Assembly: GCA_050273025.1 (NCBI GenBank)
Contig: CP158635.1
Span: forward strand, 18,352,001-18,416,000
Reading direction: 5' to 3'
Length of the DNA stretch: 64,000 bases
Origin: Cenococcum geophilum
Lineage: Eukaryota
The stretch's first letter is position 1. Each line of letters starts with the position of its first letter. The notes below the pieces were generated by a model. It was not told the origin of the DNA. It searched no databases and saw only the letters and a program-made list of their open reading frames with translations. Shown here in pieces: positions 38,301-52,240 of the stretch. Position numbers and translations under genes: made by a program.

Positions 38301-41300
38301 TAATCTTCGCTGTTACAACGGCTAATATTAAGAAGGCCTTAGCACTAAAGAAGCACACTAACCCTACCACGAAGGTACTAATAGAGTATTATTATCGCCT
38401 AGATATATTCTTATAAAAGGAAGCTAATAAGCTACCAAAATACCGACTATACAACTATAAGATTATACTTAAAGAAGGAAAGCAGCCCGGATTTAGACCC
38501 TTATATAAGATGTCCTAAAATAAACTCTAAGTGCTATAAAAGTATTTAAACGAGAACCTAAGTAAAGGATTTATTAGAGTAAGCTCGTCGCCTATAGCTG
38601 TATTAGTGATCTTTATTAAGAAATCTAGCGGTAGTCTACGCTTCTGTATAGACTACTAAGCTCTTAACGCTATTACCATTAAGAACTAATATCTGATCCC
38701 GTTAATATAAAAGACGCTAAACTAATTAAGTAAGGCTTGTTACTATACAAAGCTCGATATTATCTCTACATTTAACTATCTCCGCATTACAAAAGGGGAC
38801 AAATAGCTTACTGCATTTCGTACCTAATATAGACTATTTAAATACTTAGTAACACCCTTCGGCCTTACAAACGCTTTAAGCTCGTTTTAACATTATATAA
38901 ATAATACCCTACGCCCCTACCTGGATATCTTTTATACTACTTATATTAACGACATCTTAATATACAGTAATAACCTAACTAAATATTAGAAATATGTTAA
39001 CCTTATCCTATAAGCCCTATACGGAGCTAGTCTATAATTAGATATAGATAAATATAAGTTCCATAAAACGGAAGTTCTATACCTTAGACTCCTTATTTCT
39101 ATAAACGGTATATAAATAGACCTAAAGAAAGTCAAAGTAATTATAAACTGGTAAGAACCTAAGAACGTTAAAGACGTAAGAGACTTTATAGGATTTGCTA
39201 ATTTCTACTAACAGTTCATTAATAACTTCTCCGCCCTAGTTTTACCTCTTATAGCTCTAACCTAAAAGGATAAAGTTTTTATCTTTAATAAGGAATGTAA
39301 GAAGGCCTTTACCTATCTAAAGGTTATATTTACTACTGCGCCTATACTCTAACACTTTAACCTAAACTAAATAAGTGTTATAAAAGCTAACTCATCTAAC
39401 TATGTTACTAGAGGCATCCTATCTTAATATAATAAGGATAGAGTATTATACCCTATAGTATACTTCTTAAAATAACTAAGCCCAGCTAAATACAACTACG
39501 AGATCTACGATAAGAAATTGTTAGCTATTATTAGATATTTTAAACAATAGCAACCTAAACTAGAAGGCGCTAGATTTTTAATTAAGGTCCTTAGCAACTA
39601 TAAGAACCTGCAGTACTTTATAACCACAAAATAGCTAAGTTATCGTTAGGCCCGCTAGTTAGAATACCTATCTTATTTCCAATTCTTAATTATATACCGT
39701 CTAGGCGTTTAAGGTTAGAAGCCTAATACCCTAACCTAACGCTTATAAGACGCGCCAGCCCTAAAAGAAGCGCGCTCTTACTAAAATTAGACCCTACTTC
39801 GCCCTAAACTATTTAACCCTTCTACTAAAGATCTTATGGTATACGTCCTTAAAATAACTAATTAATCGATTAAATAGATTATAGTTAATAAATACCTAAA
39901 TAACAAGTTTATCTAAGAGACGCTTAAGCTAATACAAAATAGCATCAGACGCTCTAAAAAGATTTCTCTAAGTAAATGCGAAGCCTACAGAAACCGCTTA
40001 TATTACTAAAACCGTTTAGTTATCCCTAATCACAATAAGCTTAAGCTTAAACTCCTTAAACATATATACAATCTACCTATTGCCGGCCACCTAGGCTAAG
40101 GAAAGACCCTAAAACTACTCTAATAGGAGTATTATTGGCCAAACATATATAATATAACACGAAGGTATGTCTCTAGTTACTACACCTACTGACGAGCTAA
40201 AGCCTCGCATAAGACATATAACGGTCTTTTAAAGCTACTACCTATTCCAGACCAAAGATAGAAGGATATCTTAATTAATTTTATTATTAACCTTCCTAAG
40301 AGTAGAGGCTATATAAACATTATAGTAGTTATAGACCGACTATCTAAAATAAGACACTTAATCGCCTGCCCCAATATATTAACGCCTACCGTCGCCTAAC
40401 TATTCCTAGATTATATATAGAAACTCTACAAACTCCCTAAAACGATTATCTCCAATAAAGGCAGCCAGTTTATCTTAGCATTCTAGAAAAAACTAACTAC
40501 TTAACTCCATATTAAAGCACTGTTATTTACCGCGTATTACCTAAAAACGGATAGCTAAACAAAACGCGTAAATACTATAATGGAACAGTATATTCGGATA
40601 TATATGTTATATTTACAGGATAACTAGATTAACTGGCTTATATTCACTAAGTTTACAATAAATAATTCCGTCTCGGAAACTACAAAAGTCTCCCTATTCC
40701 TATCCAATTACGGCTAGCACCCATAAATAGGTTTTAACCCCTTTAATAATATTCCTCACCCCGCTTATTACACCTTATAAGTTATAGAAGCAAATAAATT
40801 TGTAGAGAAGATAGAGAAACTATAACAGTTCCTACTAATAAGATAATATATGCTTAATCTGTCTATAAAGCCGCAGCAAATAGGAAACGAACCCCAGCAC
40901 CAGCCTACTAAATTAGTAATTTCGTCTAGCTAGATATAAGAAATCTAAACACAAAACAACCTACTAAGAAACTTAATTAGAAGAACGCTGGCCCTTATAA
41001 GGTTAAAAAGGTTATCTCTCCTTATGCCTACTAACTGAAGCTCCCTAATACGGTTAAAATCCACCCTATATTCCATACGTTAGTTCTCCACCCTACTACC
41101 CCCGTATTAGACGCCCTGCCTAGACAGATATAAGACCCTCCCCTACTAGTTAAAGTAGATAGTAAGAACGAGTACTTTATTAAAAGAATTAATAATATTA
41201 AGTATAATAAACGGAAACGCCAATATATGTATCTTATAAAATGGAGAGGCTTTATTAAGTCCTTATGGGAACCCGTTAACTCTGTAGGACTTATATAAGC

Positions 41301-44300
41301 CACAGAAGACTTTTATAAACTCCACTTAGAACTACCATAGCCCCATCTCGCAGAAGCTTAAGTTTAAAGGGGGGGTACTATTACGGGACACCCCTATAAC
41401 ACCTTATACACGTCCACCTATTTCTACCGACTTAGCAATTAGAGACTAACCGTAAAATGGCAATTTAACGGCAATCTAATGGCAATCTAACGGCAATCTA
41501 CGGCATTCTGCCATATTCTGCCAAGTTCTACTAAATTCTGCTAAGTTCTGCCAGGACTATAACCTAAACCCTATTCTGCCTATGTACGTATTAACTAAGC
41601 AACCAAGTTAACAATATATACCCTTTCTTCCCGTTTTCCTACCTTCTTTCCTTACGCAACGTCTTAACCTCCTTACACAGTTTATATACATAGCTTAATA
41701 ATATCTACCTTGCTATATATTATCGTCGCTTATACTCACTCCGTGACAGCCTATTAATAAGCCCATCGTAGTCCTTACTATAAGGTTCCGTTATATAATT
41801 ACTACCTAGTTACGGTATTAAATACAGAAAAGTTAAACAATATGCCACTAAAAGCAGCCACTATAACGCCATCGACAGCGGTAACTACTTTAAGGTTAGG
41901 AGGCAATACTAGTATAGCAGATACTAACTTGCAATAACCTATAACGGTTAAATAACTATAAGAGATAGTTAACCAGTTAATAACAAATAATGCGGCGCTA
42001 AAAGAAAGGGTTAATAGAATAGGAGCAGCGAAGATTAAGCTACTATTAATTGAGAGGTACTTAGGAGAAAGATTAAAGCTTAAAGAATTCCTTACGTAAA
42101 TGTACTTTAAGGTTATACAAGAAGGAGTAAAGCTACTAATACCTATAGATCGAATAGTATACGCGGGACTATTTCTATTAGGAAGAGCACTTAAGTAGTT
42201 TAAGCCTTACCTTATGGAAATATAGGTAAATAGAATAACGACCACTAATTAGGAAGTACGATTTATATTCTTAAGCTAGGAAGGATTTACGGAATAACTT
42301 ATATATATATTTGGAAACCTAGAGGCAGTAACCACGGCGGAAAGAAAACTCTAAGATATTACGCAATAAACCTTAGTAATTAAGTATATAACGCAGTTCC
42401 AGACGCTAGCAATATAAGTTAAATAGAATAATAAGGCGCTTATAGCATAGTATAAATAGGGACTTAAGGCTAAAGTCTAGGACGTAATTATCCTAATGGA
42501 AGATGCGGATACCTTAAGGGAGTTAATAGATTAAGTAATTAAGATTAATAATTAGATCTACTAAAGGGAATAGGCTAAGAGAGGTTAGGATAAAGTTTTA
42601 TAGTTATATAAGGCGCAGAGTACGTAATAACTAAAGCTAAGTTAAAAACTATAGTATAGCGTAGAGCTAATGGACCTAAGTAGTACTAAAGAAGCCTATA
42701 AGAGATAAAGTAAAAAACTATAAAAACCTAAGGATCTAGTAATTAAGGACTAAGGAGTAAAGGCTAAGCCAGGGATCTTAGTAGCAGAAGACGTTTAGGC
42801 GGACTCTATAGTAAGAAAAATGGTTTAAAGAGGAAGCTTATATAAATTACGGAAAATAAGGTTATTACGCTAAAGACTATAGAAGTAGTTAAAGTTACTA
42901 TATAGTAAAAGGAATAAGACTAGCAGACAACGTATACGTATAGAGGGATAATAACATACTATAAGGAACAAAAGAATGTTTAATTAAAAGTTTTGCGTTT
43001 TATTATAATAACGTATACTAAATTTATAAGGACGCTAAGTATAGCGTAAGCTATTAGCTATAGGAGCTATACTTAGTAGAATATAGAGGAACTAATAAAC
43101 TAGTTCATAAATCGGATATTAAGGACGATAAATTTAACGTAGGCGAAATATTTTATAATAATAAGGTAATAAAGGTAGCTTACTAAGAGTATATAGACCT
43201 TAGAGATATTATATAAGAGGTAGAGGATAATTCCACTATAGAATAGGGAACATTAGTAGGGATTAAGACCCCGCTAGACACGATATCTATCGCTTTATAA
43301 AACGTAAGAGAAGTAGGACAGCGAGCTACTTTAGCACTTAATAAAGGTAAAAGGCCATAAACTTAAGACTCTTAAGACAAGATAAGGCAAGCTTAAGGAC
43401 CTATAACGGACAATAATCGATAGAGCAGAGTAGTAGCTTAATTTAGTAATATATAAATAAGCTCGGGACGAAGTTTCCCAAAGGCACAAGATTCTTAAGA
43501 CGAGATGAGTAAGATTTAAGACTTTTAGGACGAGATAAGAACACTAAGTAAGCCTAGTTAGACTAAGGCTGGAGCTAAACTTAAGATAGAAGCAAGTTTA
43601 GGATTAAGAATCCTATAGGACTAAGATTTTTAGACACAAATAAGGACTATTAAAGAATATAACACCAAGATTAAGAAGTAAGAAGACTTTAAGGATTTAC
43701 TTATAAGGCGAAAACCAAAGGAAACTATAGAAGAGTTTAGGTAAAGAATTATCGTATAGTAAGAATAGAAACTAAATAAGAGATTTAATATACTAGGTCG
43801 TATAAGGGACAAAGCACCTATATAAAGAATCACTAATAGGCCTAGGGTAGGTATACTAAGAGCTAAGTGGCTTATCGAACTAGAAAATAAAGAGGATTTA
43901 GGGATCTCTACTAGGTTCGAAGAACGGTATATAAAGGGCTGTTATAATATAGTAATAAGAAAATACTTCCTTACGGATAAGCTGTATACACTCTAATAGC
44001 TATACTAAAAGTGGTATAGATAACGATATAATGACGAGTAGGAAGATTTCTATATATAGTTAGATAAATAAGTTATTTAAGACCACCTAATTATAGAGAA
44101 GGCTATAACTTATATTAAAGGAGCCTTAATTATAATGTTAAAGGATCTAAAGGAATAATTAGAGGACTAAAGAAGCGAGAGGCGTATCTCCGTACCTATA
44201 AATAAAGTTATAACGTTTAGATTAGTATAATAAAGGTTTAAACTTAAAGATAAAGATAAGTTAAGAGTTAGCCTAAAGCACCTAGTATACTATACGCTAT

Positions 44301-47300
44301 TATGGATTGTATATATAGATGATATATATAAAATATATAAGAATCCAAAGGAAAAGAATTGGAAATACTTTATAAGGATATATTAGGCGCTAGATAAGCA
44401 ATAGTATAGAAATGCTAAGTATATATATAGATAGTATCTAGTAGAAGTATAAGAGTTAGGGGACCTAATACTTTAACTAGGAAGATTTCTTACGGAAGAA
44501 TGCTTAGATAAATAATAGTAGTAGGAATGCCTAGAGAATATATATTTATAGTATATAGAAGATAAAAAGCGAACTAGGTATTAGCTAAAGAACGAGCTAA
44601 GTATAATAGGATTAAGCAGCTAATAGTTAGGAAAAGTAAAGGCTTATAGAACTAGAGGGAGCTAGTAGTAGAGCCTTAAACCCTTAAAGGAATTTAAGGA
44701 TAATACCTAAATTTACGAGTTAAATAGTAAGATTAGCAGTTTAAAGCGCTAATAGATAGTAGAGTAACGCGAAACTATATCTTACTAGCAGTAGTTAAGA
44801 AAATATGATTACCTTATAGATAGAAGGAATAACCTTACCTATTAGTTATAATTTTAGGAGATCCAATAGCCTACAGGAGAGGGATTATTAATCTTAAAAT
44901 AGGACCTATTTAGATAACCATTAAAGGAAGACGAATTAAGATATCTTTTAATATCCTACTATTAGGACAGGATAAGGTAGTATTAGGAATGCCTTAGTTA
45001 TAGGAATATAATCTAAAGATTAATTGGATTATAGGTTAGGTTAATATTAAGGATACTTAATACTATAAGATATAACAATAAACTAAGTTAGTATAGTACT
45101 AAGTTAAAGCGATATATAAAGAGACTAAGCGAGGCTTAAGTTATATACTAAAGAGATACTATAAATATAGCAAGAAACTATAGAGCCTAGAAAGTAAAAA
45201 GCTGTTAGACTATATAGTATAGGATTATAAAATAGAATTAAAACTAGAAATAAGTCTAAGGTTCTTTTTAACCTATAAGCTTACTAAAGAGGAAGGTAGA
45301 GTATTAAAAGAGTTTATCTAGGAAAACTTATAAAAGGGATATATTAGACTATCGCAGTTATTAGCGGGTTATCTAGTACTATTTATATTAAAGAAAAATA
45401 GTAAACTAAGGCTGTGTATCGACTATAGATAGTTAAACAGTATTACTAGGAAGGATAGGTATCATTTACCCTTAATTAGCGAAATCTAAGATTGGATAGG
45501 TAATGCGTAAATCTTTATAAAGATAGATCTAAGATAGGCGTACTATTAAATTAGAATTAAGGAAGGCGATAAATAGAAAGCAGCTTTTAAATTAAAGGAA
45601 GGGCTATATAAACTATTAGTTATGCAATTTGGGCTTATAAACGCACTAGTAATATTCTAGAAGCGTATTAATAATATATTAGGAGAATACTTGGATAAGT
45701 TTATTATAGTATACTTTAATAATATTATTATCTACTTAATAACTGAGGAAGAATACGAGAAATACGTTAAATAGGTTTTAGAGAGACTATAAAAAGAACA
45801 GATGCTAGTAGTAATTAAAAAATGCGAGTTCTTTACTAGAAAAACCAATTTTGTTAGATTTATTATTAAACTAGGCCAACTTAGTATAGATCTAAAAAAG
45901 ATTAAGGCTATAGTAAATTAGTAAGAACTAGAGAACGTTACGCAGTTAAGATTGTTTTTAGGGTTTTGCAATTACTACAGAAGGTTTATAGTATAATGGT
46001 TAAAGAATATTAAACCATTTACGCGGCTAACAAAAAAAGAAGAACTATAGGTATAGGGAAAGGAACAGTAAGAATTATTTAAGAAAGTTAAGGAATTATT
46101 TACCTAGGAGCTAGTTCTTAAGATCTATTAACTAGGACTAGAGATAGTTATAGAAATAGACGTATTAGACTTTATATTAGGGGCGTGCTTTATATAAAAA
46201 TATTAAGATAGATAGCACCTAGTGGCATACTATAGTTGAAAGATAACACTACTAAAGTTAAACTATGATATTTATAACAAGGAGTTATTAGGTATAGTTA
46301 CAGTACTAAAGAAATAAAGAGCATTCTTACAAGGTACGGAAAAACTATTTATAGTTAAGATGGATTATAAGAACCTAATAGGATTCCTAATAATAAAGGA
46401 ACTTAACTAAAGATAGGTTAAATAGGCAGAGATACTTACAGAATAATATTTTAAGATTTAGTATACTAAGGGAACAGACAATATATAAGCAGACGCTCTA
46501 AGTTAAAAAGCTAAACTACAGAATAATAAAAGCTATTAAGGGCTTTACTGTAAAAAGACATAGATCGATTAATTAGGTATAATCACGTAAAGATTATAGT
46601 AACTTAAGAAGATAACGAACTAGAAAGAGTCTATAAGATACTAGAAAGCTTTTAGGTATAAAGGATCTTTAAAGTATAGCTAGAAGAATAGTTAGAATAT
46701 CTAGGAGAGGAGATATTATATAAGCATAGAGAGGCAAAATATATCCTAAGAAGTATAGTAGAGCATTTTATAGAAGATTTCTATAAGGGAATAACTTAAG
46801 GATATAACGGAGCAATAGGCTTAGTATTAAGACTCTAGAAGGAATATATTATTAATAGAATCTAAAATATCGCAAGAAAAGTAATAAAGGAGTGTCTAGA
46901 TTGCTAAAGAAATAAACTAATAAGGTATAAGCTATATAGAGGGCTATAACCTATTAAAATACCAGAGAGACTATAGGAGGTTATATTATAGGACTTTATT
47001 ATTAAGTTACTAAGGTTAAGGGACCCTATTACCAGATAAGATTATAATATAATCTTAATAATAGTAGACAAGCTTATAAAGTGGGGCTATTTTATAGCAT
47101 ATATAGAAGAAATATTAGTAGAAGATATTGCTAGAATCTATATTAAAGAAGTGTTTATAAGATATAAAGCACTAAGTAAAATTATATTAGATAGAGATCT
47201 AAGATTTATAATAGTATTCTGGGAAGTATTTTTAGTAAAGTAAGGAGTTAGAGCAGCAACTTTTACCGCATATTATTCGCAGATAGACGGTTAAACGGAA

Positions 47301-47378
47301 AGGTTAAATTAGACGCTAGAATAGTATCTAAGATATTATATTAATTACGCGTAGAATAATTAGGTATTACTATTACTA
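35391..47378 (+). mobile_element. Ty3/Gypsy LTR retrotransposon A2, 5' part (LTR, gag, protease, RT, RNase H, most of integrase)
   Basis: 5' LTR 35391-35772 + 41749-41795 (split by E); gag ATG at 41842; collinear with the reverse complement of A1; breaks abruptly at ...TATTACTA (47378); left TSD GTTTA 35386-35390. Confidence 0.95.
35773..41748 (+). mobile_element. Ty3/Gypsy LTR retrotransposon E (RIPed), inserted in the 5' LTR of A2
   Basis: 370-bp LTRs 35773-36142 and 41379-41748; polypurine tract AAAGGGGGGG before the 3' LTR; RT YINDIL at ~38942; chromodomain-like YLIKWRG at ~41230; TSD degenerate (GTCTA/GCCTA-like). Confidence 0.95.
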
Positions 47379-47918
47379 CTAGAATCTTGTTATTGGGGAG
47401 GACGCAGCCGGATTTAGAGGTTCCTCCCCCCCGTTTTAGGAGGCTGTTTCTCCTTACTTAGACCTATATTTATCGCCGCTTTTATAATATACTAAGCATG
47501 CTAAGGACGGCAGGGTCTTCCTTACTTACCTACTAAACCTAAAAGCTCCCTAAACGTCCCTTGGCGGCTAACGTTATTTAAAAAGCTATAGACGTCTACC
47601 GCCTACTTTTATCCTTATCCTTTTCTAAAAGCACTACCCTTATATAACGAAACCTCCCTTCTATACTACGCTCCTTTAACCCTTTTCCTACAGTAGCTAT
47701 ATATGCATTTTCCCCTATTATTATATTGTTTACTTCTAATACTTAATTTCTAGGTTTCTACCTATAGGGTTTTTTTGCCCTATTCCGCTCTTAAGAACGC
47801 CGATCTTCTATAGAGCCTTTTTTAGCGTTCCTATTAATAGCAGTCGCTCTTAAGCTAGCTTCTATATATAGGCAACTAGTAGCTGCTAAGGTACTAAAAT
47901 ACTACGCGTTTAACTACT

Positions 47919-50440
47919 ATACCTTCTTAAAGTAAGAAATGGCGAAATATAGATCTAGTCTTTAGCTTAGACTCTAAACTAGGTAAGCCGTCTTATTCTA
48001 AGCCAGCTTCGGACTTAAATTTAAGCTTTAACTCTAGAGCTAGGGAAGACGCTAATTCTAAGGGGGAATATTTGTAGTAGAGAATTGCGTATTATAAGGA
48101 CTAAAGAAGGGCAAAGTTAAAACAGAAGCCCTGCTCTACTTCTCTTATTAAATATAAGTTTTAGAATTAGAAAAAGTTCGTTTATATTTAAACTAAAATT
48201 TACCTTGTAATACTAACGATTTGTATTTAGGTTCTACCTAAAAGTTAAGTCTAACCCAATTAAGGCCCTTTATTAGTATATAGCTAATATATTTAAAATA
48301 TACCTTAAATAGCGCGTAAAGAATTCTTAAATTAAGAAGGAAAGTATAATCTAGGCGTACTAAAGACGAATACTATATAAATTTATAAATATAGCAGGCT
48401 ATAGTATAAATAATAGTGCAGAATTTAATATACAAGATATAGGTAATCTTTAATTTTTAAAAAAAAAATCCTAGCTAATTTGTTATAGTGGATCCTAACC
48501 TACTTAACTCTAATATATAAGCTAGATACGTTAAAGAAAGAAAAGGATATAATATATATGCAGGACTTATATATAATTATTAATACCTATTAGATAACGG
48601 ATATAAAGCCTTACTATAGTTGTTTTCAAGTGCAGATAGGAGTAATCCTCCTCCTCTTTAGTGCTACGGCAATAAGACCCTAAGCTCTTATTAAAAGTTT
48701 AAGCGCGAGAGGCTCTAATAAAGCGCTTTTATATAAATATATTATAATCCTAAAAGTTTATAATATAAAAAACTTCAATTAAACTATAACTGTTACCCTT
48801 GTAAGTCTTATATATATTAAGAATTCTAAAGGTATAGGTAGATGGTATATAGCGACGTTAATTAAAGATAGCGCGAATGGTGTTAATAGACCTATAGTAA
48901 GAGGTTTATTTTCCGTCTTAAAAGCATCTTAGCTTTTTATATTCTATCCTATCTTATAAGCCTTACTATTACGGATAATATATTTTAACGCCATTACACT
49001 TTACCAAAGAAGATTTTTAGACTTAAAATCCTAGCAAAAAAAAAAAGTCTTAAAGTAAAGTTTAAGAAGGAGATAGAGAAACGACCCATCTTTTAAGATA
49101 TTAAGATAATGGCTAGTTATAGGGGAGTGTTAGACACTAAAGCGTTCCCTTACCAGAAATGCCGTAATTACTATATATAGTTAGGCCGAATGGCTAGGTT
49201 TAAATAATTACTTAAACTTTACTAGCTACGATAAGCGTTTAAAAGGAAATTAAATAGTAAGTATCTAATTTAATATAAATATATATATTAACTAAGTTTT
49301 CTAGGCGCCCTTACTTTAAAAGAGCAAAATTAGATAATAGGTTATTACGGCGATACCTACTAACGGTTTTATTTACCTAATTTAATTAAGTGTAATTTCT
49401 AGTTAATCTACTTTAGGACTCTATTATAGGATAACCTTATCTAATATACCGCGTAGATAGGGATCTTAAGGAATAAGCGGGCCCCTATAGGTCTAACTAA
49501 TAAGCAAAAGCTTAAATTCTAGCTAGAACTTAATTAACACCCTAATATTTTATAGCTTTATAGGAAATAGGAGCAATATAAGTAAAAGATTAAAAGCTAG
49601 GAATATTACCCTATTAATACCATAAAGGGAATAAAACTATATAACCGTTATAATAAAGCCAGATATAAACTTTATAGTATTATAAATATCCTACGTAAAT
49701 AAAAAGAGGACTAGGTTATTTTTAATTTTTATAACGCCATTAATAATTATAATATTAAAAGATAGCTTAGTAGTAGCGTTAGGATGGAAATTCCTACCCG
49801 TTTAGCTATATAGTATAAATTTTATAAACATACTGCTATTACTAAACTACTATCTTAGGCGCTAAATAAGCTTAAAGAAGGACACGCTATAAAACTCCGT
49901 ATAAAGTTTATCCGTAATCTTATTAAGTATTATAATTAATAAAAGAGTTAGCAGAATAGGATTCTAAGCAAGGCTATTAGATTTTAACTTAGGTCTAAAG
50001 TAGATTAAAGTATAATAGGCGTAAAAAGAGGTATAAGTAACGCTAATACTAGTACCTATTAATAGGTAAAGCAGTAAAAAGAATAGATTAGCTTAGACTT
50101 ACCTTTCTAAGAAAACCTAGATAAGACGTAGAGCGCGGTCCTAATTAAGGAAGAGGGTGTTAAGATAATATAGCTATTATATCCTATAACGTTTACTAAT
50201 CTTATTTATTTTATCTATATCGGTAATAACTAACTCTTAACGCTAAGGTAGACCCGCCTATTTACGAAAAAGGATATACTATAGAAGTATTTTAATAATC
50301 ACGTTATAGAAGGAGTGTTTAGGTAGGGGTTCTACTATAAGCATCCTTATTACTTAGAGTAGATTAAAGGACTTAAGTATTTTAAAAATTACGTAGCCCT
50401 TATACATGGCGTATAGCATCTAATTAAGAGGTACCACTAG
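47919..50440 (+). pseudogene. RIP-inactivated DUF3435 tyrosine recombinase (Starship captain type)
   Basis: De-RIPed by eye: acidic N-terminus, FKxYLxWRVKNSxIKKES, LLLFxATAxRP (catalytic R), HIKNS-like, FIFRLE, LYQLRR, MMGH, YxRFY, FQSIYFG, RAPxGL and C-terminal CxHPxC...HFKNHxxxxHG finger; introns at ~48176-48230, ~48440-48488, ~48845-48897, ~49257-49304. Start ATG appears as ATA. Confidence 0.88.
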
Positions 50441-50699
50441 GTAAGTCGCCTTACCTATATAAGAATCTTATACTAACCCTCTAGTACCTATAGAAAGGTA
50501 TATAACTGGTAAATTTAGAACTATACGTTCTTTATATATGGGACCTTTTCCTAGTTATTACGCGCTTATCTTATTATTCTTTACCATTTTTTATTTTATT
50601 TTAATCTATTATTATCTAATCCTATTCTAGTATTTAGTAGAATAGATATAATAACTAAGATTTTATAATTCGTTTAGTTACCTATTAGTTAGTTAGTTA

Positions 50700-52235
50700 G
50701 GGTTAATTATACTAGATATTTAGTTAGCTTTTACCTAAAAGCCTCTATTATAGGCAGCTGTAAGTATAGGAGATTAGGTATATATAATCGCTTTATAGAC
50801 TTTAAACTTTAGCCCCTAGTATATAAGTTTTAAGTTGCTATATTTCTTACTTTTTATAAACTATGCTAAGCTAAGCAAAGCATTTTTAAATAATATGTTT
50901 TATTAGTTTTCTTTCCTAGTTCTAGTTTTAACTGCGTTTTAAGTAATATTTAAGGGTATAATTTAGTATTAAACAGGACAATTAAGAATAAGAACTTTGC
51001 TTTATTAAATATGGCTTTAAAGCCTCTATATATATATTAAGAAGTCATTATTAGCTTTATCTAATCTGTAACGGATTTAGTTAATTAGTTAGAGCTTTAA
51101 ATATTAGTCGCTTAACTACGGACTAATATAACTTCTAAAGTTTTAGGTTAATATTTAGCTTATATATATGCTAAGCATTTTCCGCTACCCCTTTAACCGG
51201 ATAAAGCCAGTTATATAACTAGAAAACCCTACTATCTATATTTAGTAAAAGTAATATCCGCGCTTTTTATAGATTATTTACTATAATGGTAACTTAGACT
51301 ACTAAAAGCGGTAAACCCTTCGCTAAAACCTTAGCAATACTAATACTAAAAAGGGCCTTTCTTAACTTAAGGAAAGAGCGTAAAAATATATTAGGAATCC
51401 CCCCACTACTAGCCTATAGAATAACTTTAACGCTTAATCTATTGCACTATATTTAATAGCGCTAGCTTCTAACCCACTACGTAATAAAACCCACGCCTAT
51501 AAAAATTAAAAAGTGCTTAGTAGCGTTAATACCTATTTAAACCTTCTCTACTATCTACTTTAGATATTTAAACTCCTTTATCTAATCTTTAGAGATTATA
51601 GTATAGCAGATTTTAGAGTTAAGAGTTAATTTAATTGCGATATAGTTAGTATTTAAACCAATAATATAAATACGCTATTGTAATATTAATTAATAATTTT
51701 TAAAATTAGTCTTTTACTTACCCCTTTATTAACGTTAAAAAGTTATTTAGTTAAAACACTTTCCTTAAAATTAACTTAGCTAGTAAATGTATTATAGAAA
51801 TAGAAAAAATCCAGGTCCTATATCTAGCTATTAAATTCCTTTACTAATCTACTATAGTTAAGCAATTCCCTATACTAGGCTTCTCTATCCTATATATTAA
51901 GTTTAAGGGTAGATTTACGACTTAAAGCTATATATAGGATTTCGGATATTTTGTTAAGCAATAGGGATATTTAATTAGAATTAATAAATAGCCTAAAAGG
52001 GGAGAACTAGGCGCTACTAGTATATCTAAAAAGATAAAGGTATTAGCAGCCCCATCTTAGTATAGAGAGGTGCGGTTTTTACTTACCTAAAAGTTAAGTG
52101 TAGTTAATAGTAATAAGGTCTTTATAAGATAGGATTGATAATCCTTAGGAGTCTATTATATATATAAAAGACTTAATTAGCCGAAACCGGCGCCCTTAAT
52201 GCCGTATTATAAATAGTAAGATATAGGTTGCGGTA
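50700..52235 (-). pseudogene. RIPed unidentified intron-containing gene, 3' part, convergent with the captain
   Basis: Two minus-strand GTAAGT...TAG introns (52086-52026 with GCTAAT branch site; 51721-51675). Product not recognised; ends approximate. Confidence 0.5.
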
Positions 52236-52240
52236 TAAAC

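Noticed and set aside
4652..43833. Short ORFs in the supplied track within the AT-rich block (4652, 19652, 36812, 38116, 41031, 43630)
   Set aside because: All lie antisense to RIPed retrotransposon gag/pol sequence; chance open frames.
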